NCBI GenBank assembly: GCA_963747615.1
Contig: CAVVFP010000004.1
Coordinates: 4,841 to 68,840 of the forward strand
From: an uncultured Acidobacteriaceae bacterium
GTDB taxonomy: Bacteria > Acidobacteriota > Terriglobia > Terriglobales > Acidobacteriaceae
Length of the DNA stretch: 64,000 nucleotides
Reading direction: 5' to 3'
Of the stretch, positions 1 to 9,032 are shown in pieces (positions within the stretch are counted from its first letter, which is position 1; every line of letters begins with the position of its first letter). The notes below the pieces were generated by a model that worked only from the letters and a program-made list of their open reading frames with translations, had not been told where the DNA came from and did no database searches. A program made the translations under genes and the position numbers.

Positions 1-108
1 TCTACTATCGCCATCTCTGTGGAATGAAGGGTGTTGACTTGCCATGACTTCAGCCGTCCAATACTCTGAAAACATGGGTTGTATGGACGCTGATTTTAGG
101 AGCCAGCG

Positions 109-1758
109 ATGTCAGGAGGGCGAGCGGTGAAAGCGCAGTGTCTGCCGTTTACGCAAATCCCGCACACCACCCGCCTGTTTACCGATTACCTCGCATACTT
201 TCCGAGCGTTCAGCCTTTCTACCCGCACTCTCCGTACTTCGCCGAATGGTCTAAGGCGCAGGCCGCCGCATTGCAGTACGATCCATCACGCCGGGAGCGC
301 GTCAGCTCGATTCTTCAGCGCCAGAATGCATCCTGGGGCGCTTCGCCGCAAACTTTAGCCAATCTCGGTCGCCTGCGCCAAGGTGCGGCTGCGGTTGTGA
401 CTGGGCAGCAAGTCGGCCTGTTCGGCGGACCGATGTTTTCGATCTATAAAGCTTTGACCGCGGTTAAATTGGCGGAAGAGGCCACCGCAAGAGGCATAGA
501 TTCGGTTCCCGTCTTCTGGCTGGCGACGTCGGACCACGATCTCGCCGAGGTGAATCATGTTACGTTGCCTGGGACCGACGGTCTTTTACGCACGCTCACG
601 ACTCCGAGCCACGCGGTTGCGGGCGCGCCGGTAAGCGATGTGCGCCTGGGCGAGGAGATCGTTCCGGTGCTCGAAGAAGTAACATCTCTGCTGGGAGATT
701 CCGAGGCGTCGCAATTCCTACGCGAGTCGTATCGTCCCGGAGGGACCCTGGGCACGGCATTCGCACGCTTTTGTGCGCGGCTGTTTGGGCCATGGGGCGT
801 AATTCTTCTGGATGCATCGGACGCGGAACTTCATCGCGTGGCCGCGCCGATCTATCGAGCTGCCGTCGAGCGGGCGGAAGAGTTGGATGTCGCGTTGCTG
901 GCTCGAGGCCAGGCGCTCGAAAGCGCGGGCTATCACCAGCAAGTCAAAGTGACGGCGTCGTCGGTACTGCTTTTCGCCTTGCGCGAGGGCGCGCGCACTG
1001 CGATCCATCGCCGGGATGGATCGAAAAAAGCGGCGGAGTTTGTTATTGGCGCTGAGCCCGGAGCGGAGAGGCTTTCGTCCGCTGAATTGCTGGATCGTAT
1101 CGCTTCCGCGCCGGAAAGTTTCAGTCCCAACGTGCTCTTGCGCCCGATCGTGCAGGATTATCTTCTGCCCACATTGGCTTACACGGGCGGCGCCGCTGAG
1201 GCGGCATATTTTGCGCAGGTGGGCGCGGTTTACGAAATGATGCTGGGCCGCGTGACGCCCATCGTGCCTCGTTTTTCAGCAACTCTCGTAGAACCCAAGG
1301 TGCAGCGCTGGCTGGGGCAATATGGCATCGAGGTCCCAGATGCGTTCCAGGGGCTTGAGGCTCTTCGCCAGACGCTGGCTTCACGTACTCTGCCCGCGGG
1401 CTTGCAAGCGGCCTTTGAACGCGCGAACAAGTCGGTGGAAGAATCTTTCTCTGGCTTGAAGGAAGCTCTGGCGAAACTCGATCCCACGCTCGTGGATGCT
1501 TCCCAGACCGGTGCTTCGAAAGTGTTGTACCAACTCGAACGCCTCCGGGAACGCTCCATGGCCGCCGAGTTGCGCCGCAGCGAGGTGGTCGGCCGTCACG
1601 CCGAGGCTCTCAGCCAGGCGCTCTATCCCAGTGGGGCATTGCAGGAGCGGGGCGTGGCCGGAGTTTATTTCGTGGCTCGCTACGGAACGGAACTGCTGCG
1701 CAGTCTGCATGACTCCATGCGCACGGATTGCCACGACCACCAGATACTGGAGTTGTAG
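109..1758 (+). CDS. bshC: bacillithiol biosynthesis cysteine-adding enzyme BshC
   Basis: 549-aa ORF. It carries the signature VVTGQQVGLFGGPMFSIYKALTAVKLAEE...VPVFWLATSDHDLAEVNHV, colinear with B. subtilis BshC/YllA (GGQQAGLLTGPLYTIHK...IFWVAGEDHDLDEIN). Length fits (~540 aa). Confidence 0.85.
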   Translation: MSGGRAVKAQCLPFTQIPHTTRLFTDYLAYFPSVQPFYPHSPYFAEWSKAQAAALQYDPSRRERVSSILQRQNASWGASPQTLANLGRLRQGAAAVVTGQQVGLFGGPMFSIYKALTAVKLAEEATARGIDSVPVFWLATSDHDLAEVNHVTLPGTDGLLRTLTTPSHAVAGAPVSDVRLGEEIVPVLEEVTSLLGDSEASQFLRESYRPGGTLGTAFARFCARLFGPWGVILLDASDAELHRVAAPIYRAAVERAEELDVALLARGQALESAGYHQQVKVTASSVLLFALREGARTAIHRRDGSKKAAEFVIGAEPGAERLSSAELLDRIASAPESFSPNVLLRPIVQDYLLPTLAYTGGAAEAAYFAQVGAVYEMMLGRVTPIVPRFSATLVEPKVQRWLGQYGIEVPDAFQGLEALRQTLASRTLPAGLQAAFERANKSVEESFSGLKEALAKLDPTLVDASQTGASKVLYQLERLRERSMAAELRRSEVVGRHAEALSQALYPSGALQERGVAGVYFVARYGTELLRSLHDSMRTDCHDHQILEL

Positions 1759-1769
1759 ACCCAGAAAAT

Positions 1770-2432
1770 TTATGTTTTGAGCCAGGTTTCGAGCTGCTCC
1801 AGCGAGGCGACGCGCGGCAGGTCGCGATCGCGGTAGGTTCCGGCCACATCCATTAAGACCGCATCCATTCCCGCGTTGCTGGCTCCTACGTAGTCCACTG
1901 AATACACATCGCCTACGTACAGGCTCTCACTGGCGCGCGCCTGCATCTTCTCCAGTGCTGCTTCGAAAATTTCTGGGCGCGGTTTTTCTACGCCCACGAT
2001 TCCGGAGTCGGTGATGCTTTCGAAGCAGTCAGCTATACCGCAGCGCAAAAGTACGCGCTCGATTGCTCCGTCGGCGTTGGAGATGACGGCGATTCGGAAG
2101 TTCTGGCAAATCCGATCGAGGGCGGCGCGCGTGCCGGGCAGAATCCGGTCCCAGTTCGCGGAGTTCTGTGTGTTTTCTACCAGCGCTTTGCGGACGCTGG
2201 TGTCATGCTTGAGTTCCTCGAGCAGGTACGTGTGAAACGTCCACCAGAAACTGTGATCGACTCGGCCGGTCTGCATGCCCTGGTCGAACTCCCGCTTGGT
2301 CTTGCGCTCAAGGGCTTGCCATTGTTCGAGCGTCGGATGACGATCGCTCGAGATCGGGGCCAGGATCTTCGCCCGGTTGGGGAAAAGAAGAGTATTGCCG
2401 ACATCAAAGAAAATCACGCGCCGTTCCGCCAT
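1770..2432 (-). CDS. HAD-superfamily hydrolase
   Basis: 220 aa. HAD motif I-like VIFFDVGNTLL, motif II VISNADG, Lys motif KPRPEIF and acidic motif YVGDVYSVDYVGA. Convergent with bshC. Confidence 0.75.
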   Translation of the reverse strand: MAERRVIFFDVGNTLLFPNRAKILAPISSDRHPTLEQWQALERKTKREFDQGMQTGRVDHSFWWTFHTYLLEELKHDTSVRKALVENTQNSANWDRILPGTRAALDRICQNFRIAVISNADGAIERVLLRCGIADCFESITDSGIVGVEKPRPEIFEAALEKMQARASESLYVGDVYSVDYVGASNAGMDAVLMDVAGTYRDRDLPRVASLEQLETWLKT

Positions 2433-2602
2433 GTGTTTATCTTACTGAAAGCGTTTGTGGAAGAGGTCAGCGGCTGTGCTTTCTTCCTCAAACGTTAGAC
2501 GTGGTTGACACGGATGATGCCCGCGCGTGACCGGTGCGGGGAAAAATTGTAATATCCAATCACTTGGACGATTTCAAGTTTCTAGTGAGTTCGGCGCGCG
2601 CT

Positions 2603-2950
2603 ATGGCTCTATCTTCGACTACCGTGATCTCGGGCTTTGCGCGCACCGCGCGCGCTGCGCTCTCAGGGCACAAGCTGTTGCGCGCCCAGTCCGTGCTCGC
2701 GGCGACTTTCATGTTGGCCGCACGCCATTCCAGGCGACAGGACGATGTTTACAACATTCTCTGGGCCGTCGTATTCGGATTCGCGACGCTGAATATCCTT
2801 ACCCTGGCCGCAAGGCGCTTCGAGCCCAACCGCCGCGGATTCTCTTTTGGAGAGTTGCTGGCGGTGCTGGTGGTCCTGCTTTCGCTTGTTCTGCTGGGCT
2901 GGGAGTTGTTGGGCGTGTTCCACATCTTCCCCATTAAACTGCACCGCTGA
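2603..2950 (+). CDS. hypothetical small membrane protein
   Basis: Frame of ORF 2534..2950, taken from the internal ATG at 2603 (MALSSTT...). Two or three hydrophobic helices (ILWAVVFGFATLNILTLAA, LLAVLVVLLSLVLLGWELLGV). No recognisable family. Confidence 0.4.
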   Translation: MALSSTTVISGFARTARAALSGHKLLRAQSVLAATFMLAARHSRRQDDVYNILWAVVFGFATLNILTLAARRFEPNRRGFSFGELLAVLVVLLSLVLLGWELLGVFHIFPIKLHR

Positions 2951-2990
2951 GGTTTATTGCGAGAGCGTTGCTGCGAGAGCTTAACTGCTG

Positions 2991-3347
2991 ATGTTGACCC
3001 GCTCTCTCCGCTTTTGCGGTATGATTCGCAAAATGGCAAAGACAAAGATTCCAGCCACGATCGAAGTCACTTGCCCCTGCTGCAGCGCGCTGCTGAAAGT
3101 TGATACGGCGACCGCGGAAGTGATCGCTCACACCGCCGCGGTGAAGCCCAGAACGTTCGCGGACATGGAGGATGCGGCCCGCGCCATGAAGGAACAGGAC
3201 AGCCGGCGCGAATCGATCTTCCGGCAGTCGGTCGAGGCACAGAAACACGCGTCCGAATTGCTGGAAAAAAAGTTTCAGGAGGCTGTTAAGAAAGCCAAGG
3301 AAACTCCTGACACGGGCAAGCCCATCCGCGATTTCGATCTGGACTAG
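2991..3347 (+). CDS. hypothetical small protein with a CPCC motif and a charged helical C-terminus
   Basis: 118-aa ORF. The real start is possibly ATG 3021 or 3033 (MAKTKIPATIEVTCPCC...). Coding-like composition. Followed immediately by a heptamer-built hairpin. Confidence 0.5.
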   Translation: MLTRSLRFCGMIRKMAKTKIPATIEVTCPCCSALLKVDTATAEVIAHTAAVKPRTFADMEDAARAMKEQDSRRESIFRQSVEAQKHASELLEKKFQEAVKKAKETPDTGKPIRDFDLD

Positions 3348-3349
3348 AG

Positions 3350-3428
3350 CAGTGGCTAGTGGTCAGTGGTCAGATAACCCCGCCGGCGCGCTAATAACTG
3401 GCCACTGATCACTGAGCACTGATCACTG
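3350..3428 (+). repeat. heptamer-built hairpin (CAGTGGY arm / RTCACTG arm), terminator-like
   Basis: Left arm CAGTGGC TAGTGGT CAGTGGT CAG (3350-3373). Right arm CTGGCCACTGA TCACTGA GCACTGA TCACTG (3398-3428). About 17 consecutive pairs from the loop outward, including 3 T/G positions that pair only as G:U in plus-strand RNA. Confidence 0.8.
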
Positions 3429-3434
3429 GTTCTT

Positions 3435-4100
3435 ATGGAAATTCGTCCGCTGCTTCTTGGTCACCGTGGTGCGCGTGGCGAGAAGTCTATTGGCGAAAAC
3501 ACTCTGGCTTCGTTCGATCTTGCTCTTGCTTCCGGTTGCGATGGTTTTGAATTCGACGTGCGGCTTACGGCCGATGGGCAGGCTGTCGTCTGCCATGACG
3601 CGGAAACCTGCGGGCTTTCAATCGCACGGTCTGCGGCGCAAGATTTGGCCTTGCCGCTGCTGCGCGATATTCTGATTCGCTACCAGAGCAGCGCGTTCCT
3701 CGATATCGAACTGAAAGTGATTGGCCTTGAGGCAATCACCTCGGATTTGTTGCGGAAGTTTGCCCCGGCGCGCGGTTTCGTGGTTTCGTCATTTCTGCCA
3801 GAAGTTTTGCGGGCCGTCAACGGGCTGGATGCAACCATCCCGCTGGGCCTGATCTGCGAAACACAGGCCCAGCTCAGCCGCTGGCCTGAATTGCATGTCG
3901 AATATTTAATTCCACATCACGCGCTGGTGCGGCGTGATCTTATCTCGGAGATGAAGGCCGCAAGTAATAAGACATTGGTGTGGACGGTGAACGCCCCTTC
4001 GGAGATGAAGCGCTTTTCGAAGTTAGCCGTGGACGGCATTATCTCAGACGATCCTGAGCGGCTTGCGCTTGCCTTGCGCCGGCGGATGGAAAAACCTTAG
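3435..4100 (+). CDS. glycerophosphodiester phosphodiesterase (GDPD family)
   Basis: 221 aa. GDPD signature LLGHRGARGE...ENTLASFDLALASGCDGFEFDVRLTADGQAVVCHD. Confidence 0.85.
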   Translation: MEIRPLLLGHRGARGEKSIGENTLASFDLALASGCDGFEFDVRLTADGQAVVCHDAETCGLSIARSAAQDLALPLLRDILIRYQSSAFLDIELKVIGLEAITSDLLRKFAPARGFVVSSFLPEVLRAVNGLDATIPLGLICETQAQLSRWPELHVEYLIPHHALVRRDLISEMKAASNKTLVWTVNAPSEMKRFSKLAVDGIISDDPERLALALRRRMEKP

Positions 4101-4101
4101 C

Positions 4102-4190
4102 CGGATTCGCACGGATTTCACGGACACATCTCTCCGATCTTAATCTCTTCGTTTCGGGTTATCGGTGTGAATCCGTGGAAATCCGTGGCG
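4102..4190. repeat. imperfect inverted repeat built from CACGGAT(T) units, between convergent genes
   Basis: Left arm CGGATTCGCACGGATTTCACGGACAC (4102-4127). Right arm GTGTGAATCCGTGGAAATCCGTGGCG (4165-4190). It starts 2 nt after the GDPD stop and ends 10 nt from the glpD stop. Confidence 0.75.
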
Positions 4191-4199
4191 AAGATTGTT

Positions 4200-5840
4200 T
4201 CAATCCGCCGCGGTCTCGAAGGCCGCGGTGCGCCCCGCAGGCCGCAGGAAGGCGCTGCGTTCCATTTCAAAAGCTTCCAGGTTGGCTCCCAAGATGTGTT
4301 CATTCCAGCCGAGCACCGCGCCGATGCGCAACGCGGCCTCGCGGCTGCATGACTCCGACCAGCAGGCTCCCAGCGCGACCGGCACGCGGCGCAGCAGCAC
4401 ATCGCCTAAAGTTACGGCGCATTCTCTGCGATAGGCTTCGACCACTTCGGCGATGACGTGCGAAGTGTGGGGACAAATCGGCGCCCGCAACTCCGCGCTT
4501 ACCAGCGCCATGCGTGCGATGTCGGCGGCGCGTTGGCCGTGCCATTCCACCATGCCGCGCGCCGTTTCCTCACTCACGGCGCCGATGCGCGCGATCTCGA
4601 TCACTTCATCATCGAGGATAGGATCGAGCGCAGCCCCTGGTCCCACCGCCACCGTATTCGGTTCCGCCGCATTCAACCCGATCTGCCGCGCACAGTTGCG
4701 CGCGAGAGATGCAGCCGTCGTCAATTTGCCGCCAATCACCGAGAGCATGTGAGTTGCGCCGTCATCGGAGTGATCGTGCAGAATGTGCCGCCGCGTGACC
4801 GCCGAAGGACGATTGTCCGGGGAATAAGGCAAGGGGCGGATTCCCGCAAAGGCGTGCTTCACACTCTGCGCCGACAGTTTTGCTTTCGGAAACAACTGCG
4901 CGACGAAGCGCACCAGATAGCCGATCTCTTCTGCCGAAGGCACGGTCTTTGCTGGATCGCCGTTGTCGGCAACTTCAGTGGTTCCCACCAGAATCTGATC
5001 GTTCCAGGGAAGAACAAAAATCGGACGGCCGTTCCCGGCCTCGGTGTAAACTGCCGCGCTCGGCGAACCGGGGAATCGCGGCAGCACAATGTGCGAGCCA
5101 CGCACCCCGCCCAGCATGGGTTTCGCCATGCGAATCGATGAGCGCTGGCACACGCGGTCAGCCCACGGCCCACTGCAATTGATGACCCATCCGGCATCAA
5201 CTCGCGCATCCCGCCCCGTGATCTGGTCGCGGAGTAGCACGCCTCGCGTACGGCCGTGGGCCACGTCAATCGCGAGAGCCTCCATGTGGTTGCGGACGAC
5301 GGCTCCCGCGTCCACGGCCTCCATCAACCATTCCGCCACCAGTCGCTCGGGAAATTCGCACTGCGCATCTTCGTAATTGAAGAACGACCAGCGATGCCCG
5401 AAATCGAGCGCCCGCTCGAGGCGCTTCAATTCCATTTCGCTAGAGTCTTGCCGGTGCGACTTTCCAGCCATGCGCTGGTAGAGCCATAGTCCGGCGCGCA
5501 CTTTCATCGCACTGCGCTGGCTGGTCTCATTCAAAAGCAGTAGAAAGCGCAGGGGATGGACGAGGTGCGATCGCTCGCGCAATAGCTGCTCCCGTTCGCG
5601 CACCGATTCCCGCACCAGGCTTAATTCGCCGTGCTCGAGGTAACGCAATCCGCCGTGGATGATGCGCGTGGAACGGCTGGTGACTCCAGAGGCGAAATCA
5701 TTCTGCTCGACTAACAGTGTGTGCTTGCCCGCGCGAGCGCATTGCCGCGCCACGGCCACGCCATTGATGCCCCCGCCGATCACCACTACTTGGAAGTGCT
5801 GGTCGTTCAGGGGTGGTCTTTGAGTTTCTGCTAACACCAT
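4200..5840 (-). CDS. glpD: FAD-dependent glycerol-3-phosphate dehydrogenase
   Basis: 546 aa. N-terminal dinucleotide fold VVVIGGGINGVAVARQCARAG and GlpD signature SRSTRIIHGGLRYLE. Functionally matched to the neighbouring GDPD. Confidence 0.9.
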   Translation of the reverse strand: MVLAETQRPPLNDQHFQVVVIGGGINGVAVARQCARAGKHTLLVEQNDFASGVTSRSTRIIHGGLRYLEHGELSLVRESVREREQLLRERSHLVHPLRFLLLLNETSQRSAMKVRAGLWLYQRMAGKSHRQDSSEMELKRLERALDFGHRWSFFNYEDAQCEFPERLVAEWLMEAVDAGAVVRNHMEALAIDVAHGRTRGVLLRDQITGRDARVDAGWVINCSGPWADRVCQRSSIRMAKPMLGGVRGSHIVLPRFPGSPSAAVYTEAGNGRPIFVLPWNDQILVGTTEVADNGDPAKTVPSAEEIGYLVRFVAQLFPKAKLSAQSVKHAFAGIRPLPYSPDNRPSAVTRRHILHDHSDDGATHMLSVIGGKLTTAASLARNCARQIGLNAAEPNTVAVGPGAALDPILDDEVIEIARIGAVSEETARGMVEWHGQRAADIARMALVSAELRAPICPHTSHVIAEVVEAYRRECAVTLGDVLLRRVPVALGACWSESCSREAALRIGAVLGWNEHILGANLEAFEMERSAFLRPAGRTAAFETAAD

Positions 5841-6172
5841 GATTTATCAGTTAGATACCGAATTCTATAAAAGTGATCATAGAGCCTTGAACGCCGGACC
5901 GCCGACACTCCGACCCCTACAGTCTGCATCGAGTCTCCTGGGCGGAGAAGATGACTTTGGTGTCATTCTGTTTGGTTGTTCTCAATTGGCATACAGATGT
6001 CCCAAATGACTGGACACAGGCTGAGGCCCCGAGTATCACTTGGCGGAGACTAACAAATTGGAGGCTGAAAAATAGAAGTGACATGCGGGCCTCTGCCGAA
6101 CGAATGTTTTGCGATACCATTGCTTTGCAACACAGGGTAGCGTCAAGAACAGCCTTAGATGGAATAGAGAAC

Positions 6173-7198
6173 ATGCACAAACTTTCATGTCTCCGCTGGG
6201 TGCCTGCCGCTGTACCACTGTTTGCGGTTTCTCTTTTATCCGTCATCCTGCCGCAGGTTCCTGCCGAAGCTCAAACTGCTCCCGCTGCGAAGGATCATAC
6301 CGTCCCTGCTCAGGTTCACTCGCTGAAGGTGACCCTGCTTTCGACCATGCTGGTGGGTAGTACAACCGGCATGGGCGAGTGGGGATTTTCCGCGCTGGTA
6401 GAAGCGGATGGCCATCGCATTCTGCTGGATACCGGTGCCCACCCAGAGACCGTGCTGCAAAATGCACGTGACTTGAAGATTGATTTGTCCGACGTCAGGG
6501 AAGTCATTCTCACGCACAATCACTGGGATCACGTCAGCGGGTTGATGAGTTTGCGCAAAGAGTTGATGAAGAAGAATCCCTCGGCCCTGTCGGTCGCGCA
6601 TGTCGCCACTGGTATTTTCTACAGCAGACCAGCGCCCCAGGGTGAAGATAACCTGATGATCGGATTCAAGAAGGAGTACGAGGCGACTGGGGGAAGATTC
6701 ATAGAGCATGAAGAGGCCGCCGAAATTTTCCCAGGCGCATGGCTGACAGGTCCGGTGCCGCGCAAATATCCCGAACGCAATTGGAGCAGTAGCGGGAGAG
6801 TTCTAACCCCGGCAGGCCTGGTTGAAGACACAATTCCCGAGGATCAATCATTGGTGCTCAACACGCCGGAAGGATTGGTCGTGGTCACAGGCTGCGGGCA
6901 CGCAGGAATCATCAACATACTGACGTTTGCCCGAGGGGAATTCCCCAACGAGCCAGTTGCGGCAGTCATTGGTGGGCTGCATCTGTTCCCAGCGACCGAT
7001 GAGCAACTGAATTGGACTGCGGACAAGCTGAAAGATTTCAAAGTCGCAAATCTGATCGGTGCACACTGCACCGGCATCGAAGCGGTTTATCGCATTCGCG
7101 AGAGACTCGCCCTGCCCCGGGACTCGGCGGTCGTGGGCAGCGTGGGATCGAACTTTGTGCTTGGTGAAGGCATACATCCCGGCCCCCTCGCCAAATGA
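6173..7198 (+). CDS. MBL-fold metallo-hydrolase, secreted
   Basis: ORF 5951..7198 trimmed to ATG 6173 (MHKLSCLRWVPAAVPLFAVSLLSVILPQVPAEAQ, signal-like). HxHxDH motif THNHWDHVSGL and downstream GCGHAGIINIL. Confidence 0.75.
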   Translation: MHKLSCLRWVPAAVPLFAVSLLSVILPQVPAEAQTAPAAKDHTVPAQVHSLKVTLLSTMLVGSTTGMGEWGFSALVEADGHRILLDTGAHPETVLQNARDLKIDLSDVREVILTHNHWDHVSGLMSLRKELMKKNPSALSVAHVATGIFYSRPAPQGEDNLMIGFKKEYEATGGRFIEHEEAAEIFPGAWLTGPVPRKYPERNWSSSGRVLTPAGLVEDTIPEDQSLVLNTPEGLVVVTGCGHAGIINILTFARGEFPNEPVAAVIGGLHLFPATDEQLNWTADKLKDFKVANLIGAHCTGIEAVYRIRERLALPRDSAVVGSVGSNFVLGEGIHPGPLAK

Positions 7199-7284
7199 CG
7201 GCGTGCCCACTCAATCTGCCATAATCACCATCCGAGAAGCGCACATTGCCCGTCCTGCGATGGCTCATTTACAGTGGTTGCCAA

Positions 7285-8199
7285 ATGTTTACGACAGGCG
7301 AACGTTTCGAACGCGCAGTCGCCATCATGGAGCGACTGCGTGCTCCAGGGGGCTGCCCCTGGGACCGCGAGCAGACCTTCGATTCCATAAAACCCTATAC
7401 GCTGGAAGAGACTTACGAAGTGCTCGAAGCCATCGACAATCGGGACTGGGAGGAACTCCCCGGCGAACTTGGCGACCTGCTGCTGCAGGTGCTCTTCTAT
7501 TCGGAGATGGCGAAGGAACAGGGAAGCTTTTCCATCGACGACGTGCTCGACCGGCTTTCGCGGAAGCTGGTGGACCGGCATCCGCATGTGTTCGGTGATA
7601 CGAAGGCGGATACTGCGTCGGAGGTAACGCGCAACTGGGAGGCGCTGAAAGTCGAGGAACGAAAGAAGCGGTTGGGGGAGAGCGAGGCTGCGGACGCAGC
7701 CGACGGAAGTCAGGTAGGGAAGCCTTCACCGTCGATTCTGGCGGGCATCTCTTCGTCCATGCCGGCGATGCTCGAGGCCCACAAGCTCAGTTCGCGCGCC
7801 GCGCAAGTTGGTTTCGACTGGCCTGACGTGGAAGGCCTGTTCGAAAAACTCGACGAGGAGACTCGCGAACTTCGCCAGCAGTTGCAGGAGGTTCCCGCGC
7901 CCGGTCCGCGCCCCGAAGGCCGCGGCGTCGCCGGTTCCGGACGCTTGATAATTCCCGAAGACCTGCGGCTGCGTTTGGAAGGAGAGGTCGGCGATCTTTT
8001 CTTCGTACTGGTGAACATGGCCCGCTATCTGGCGGTTGATCCTGAATCCGCGTTGCGGAAGACCAATCGCAAGTTCCGCCGCCGCTTTGAGTGGATGGAA
8101 CAGCGGCTGCACGAGCGCGGGACGTCTCCTGAAAAGGCGTCGATGGAAGAACTTGAATCGCTCTGGCAAGAGGCCAAGCAGCAGGAGAAGCAACCGTGA
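7285..8199 (+). CDS. mazG: nucleoside triphosphate pyrophosphohydrolase MazG
   Basis: FERAVAIMERLRAPGGCPWDREQTFDSIKPYTLEETYEVLEAID is colinear with E. coli MazG. A second MazG-like half is present (AAQVGFDWPD...). Start taken at ATG 7285; the ORF opens at 7246. Confidence 0.85.
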   Translation: MFTTGERFERAVAIMERLRAPGGCPWDREQTFDSIKPYTLEETYEVLEAIDNRDWEELPGELGDLLLQVLFYSEMAKEQGSFSIDDVLDRLSRKLVDRHPHVFGDTKADTASEVTRNWEALKVEERKKRLGESEAADAADGSQVGKPSPSILAGISSSMPAMLEAHKLSSRAAQVGFDWPDVEGLFEKLDEETRELRQQLQEVPAPGPRPEGRGVAGSGRLIIPEDLRLRLEGEVGDLFFVLVNMARYLAVDPESALRKTNRKFRRRFEWMEQRLHERGTSPEKASMEELESLWQEAKQQEKQP

Positions 8200-8969
8200 G
8201 CCCAGATGCCGTCGTGATTCGCCACTGCCAGGGGCTCGACGAATTGCGGACCTGCGTCGCCCTGCAAAAAGAAATATGGAACTTCAGCGACTCCGAACTC
8301 GTCCCGCTGCGCATGTTCGTAGTGGCTGAAAAGGTTGGCGGACAGGTGATGGGCGCTTTCGACGGCAGCCAGATGGTGGGCTTCGCGCTCTCGGTGCCGG
8401 GCGCGCGGTCAGGCCGCGTGTATCTTCATTCGCACATGCTGGCGGTCCGCAAGGAATACCGCAACAGCGGACTCGGACGCCGCCTCAAGCTTCTACAGCG
8501 CGAGGACGCGCTCGCGCGCGGCATCGAAGTCATCGAATGGACCTTCGATCCGCTGGAGATTAAGAACTCCTATCTGAATATTGAAAAGCTGGGAGCCATC
8601 TCGCGCCGCTACAACATCAATCAATACGGAATCACGTCATCGCCGTTGCAGGGCGGGCTTCCCAGCGACCGGCTGATTGCCGAGTGGTGGCTGAAATCAA
8701 ACCGCGTGGAAACATTGCTGGCAACTGGAAAGAACCCGGTGTTCAACCAACAGACAGCGATTGAAGTTCCGGCGCAGATTTACGAGTGGAAAGCCGCCGC
8801 GGAAACTCGAGGCAAAGCGCAACAGGTGCAGGAACAAAACCGCGAGCGATTTCTTAGAGCGTTCGAAGGCGGCGTTGCTGTTCTCGGATACGAACGCGAC
8901 TCAGCAGGCAACGGCAAGTTTCTGCTCGGCGTTTGGGATGAGGAGCGGTCGTATGCTGGCAGTACCTAG
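8196..8969 (+). CDS. GNAT-fold acyltransferase-like protein
   Basis: 257 aa. Acyl-CoA-binding-type motif HMLAVRKEYRNSGLGRRLK. The GTG start overlaps the mazG stop (GTGA). It lies directly upstream of the OSBS/NSAR gene. Confidence 0.6.
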   Translation: MSPDAVVIRHCQGLDELRTCVALQKEIWNFSDSELVPLRMFVVAEKVGGQVMGAFDGSQMVGFALSVPGARSGRVYLHSHMLAVRKEYRNSGLGRRLKLLQREDALARGIEVIEWTFDPLEIKNSYLNIEKLGAISRRYNINQYGITSSPLQGGLPSDRLIAEWWLKSNRVETLLATGKNPVFNQQTAIEVPAQIYEWKAAAETRGKAQQVQEQNRERFLRAFEGGVAVLGYERDSAGNGKFLLGVWDEERSYAGST

Positions 8970-9027
8970 TACCTGGTACCGAGAAAATGCGACCTTGCTG
9001 GGTACTAGGTACTGGGTGCTAGATACT
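8961..9027 (+). repeat. heptamer-built hairpin (AGTACCT arm / AGGTACT arm)
   Basis: Left AGTACCT AGTACCT GGTACC (8961-8980, includes the GNAT stop TAG). Right GGTACTA GGTACTG GGTGCTA GATACT (9001-9027). 20 positions pair as 17 Watson-Crick plus 3 G:U, the latter only in plus-strand RNA. Confidence 0.85.
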
Positions 9028-9032
9028 GAATT

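Noticed and set aside
34-65. A sigma70-like promoter upstream of bshC (TTGACT at 34-39)
   Set aside because: No acceptable -10 hexamer at 16-19-nt spacing (TCCAAT at 17 nt; AATACT only at 20 nt). Too weak to report as a feature.
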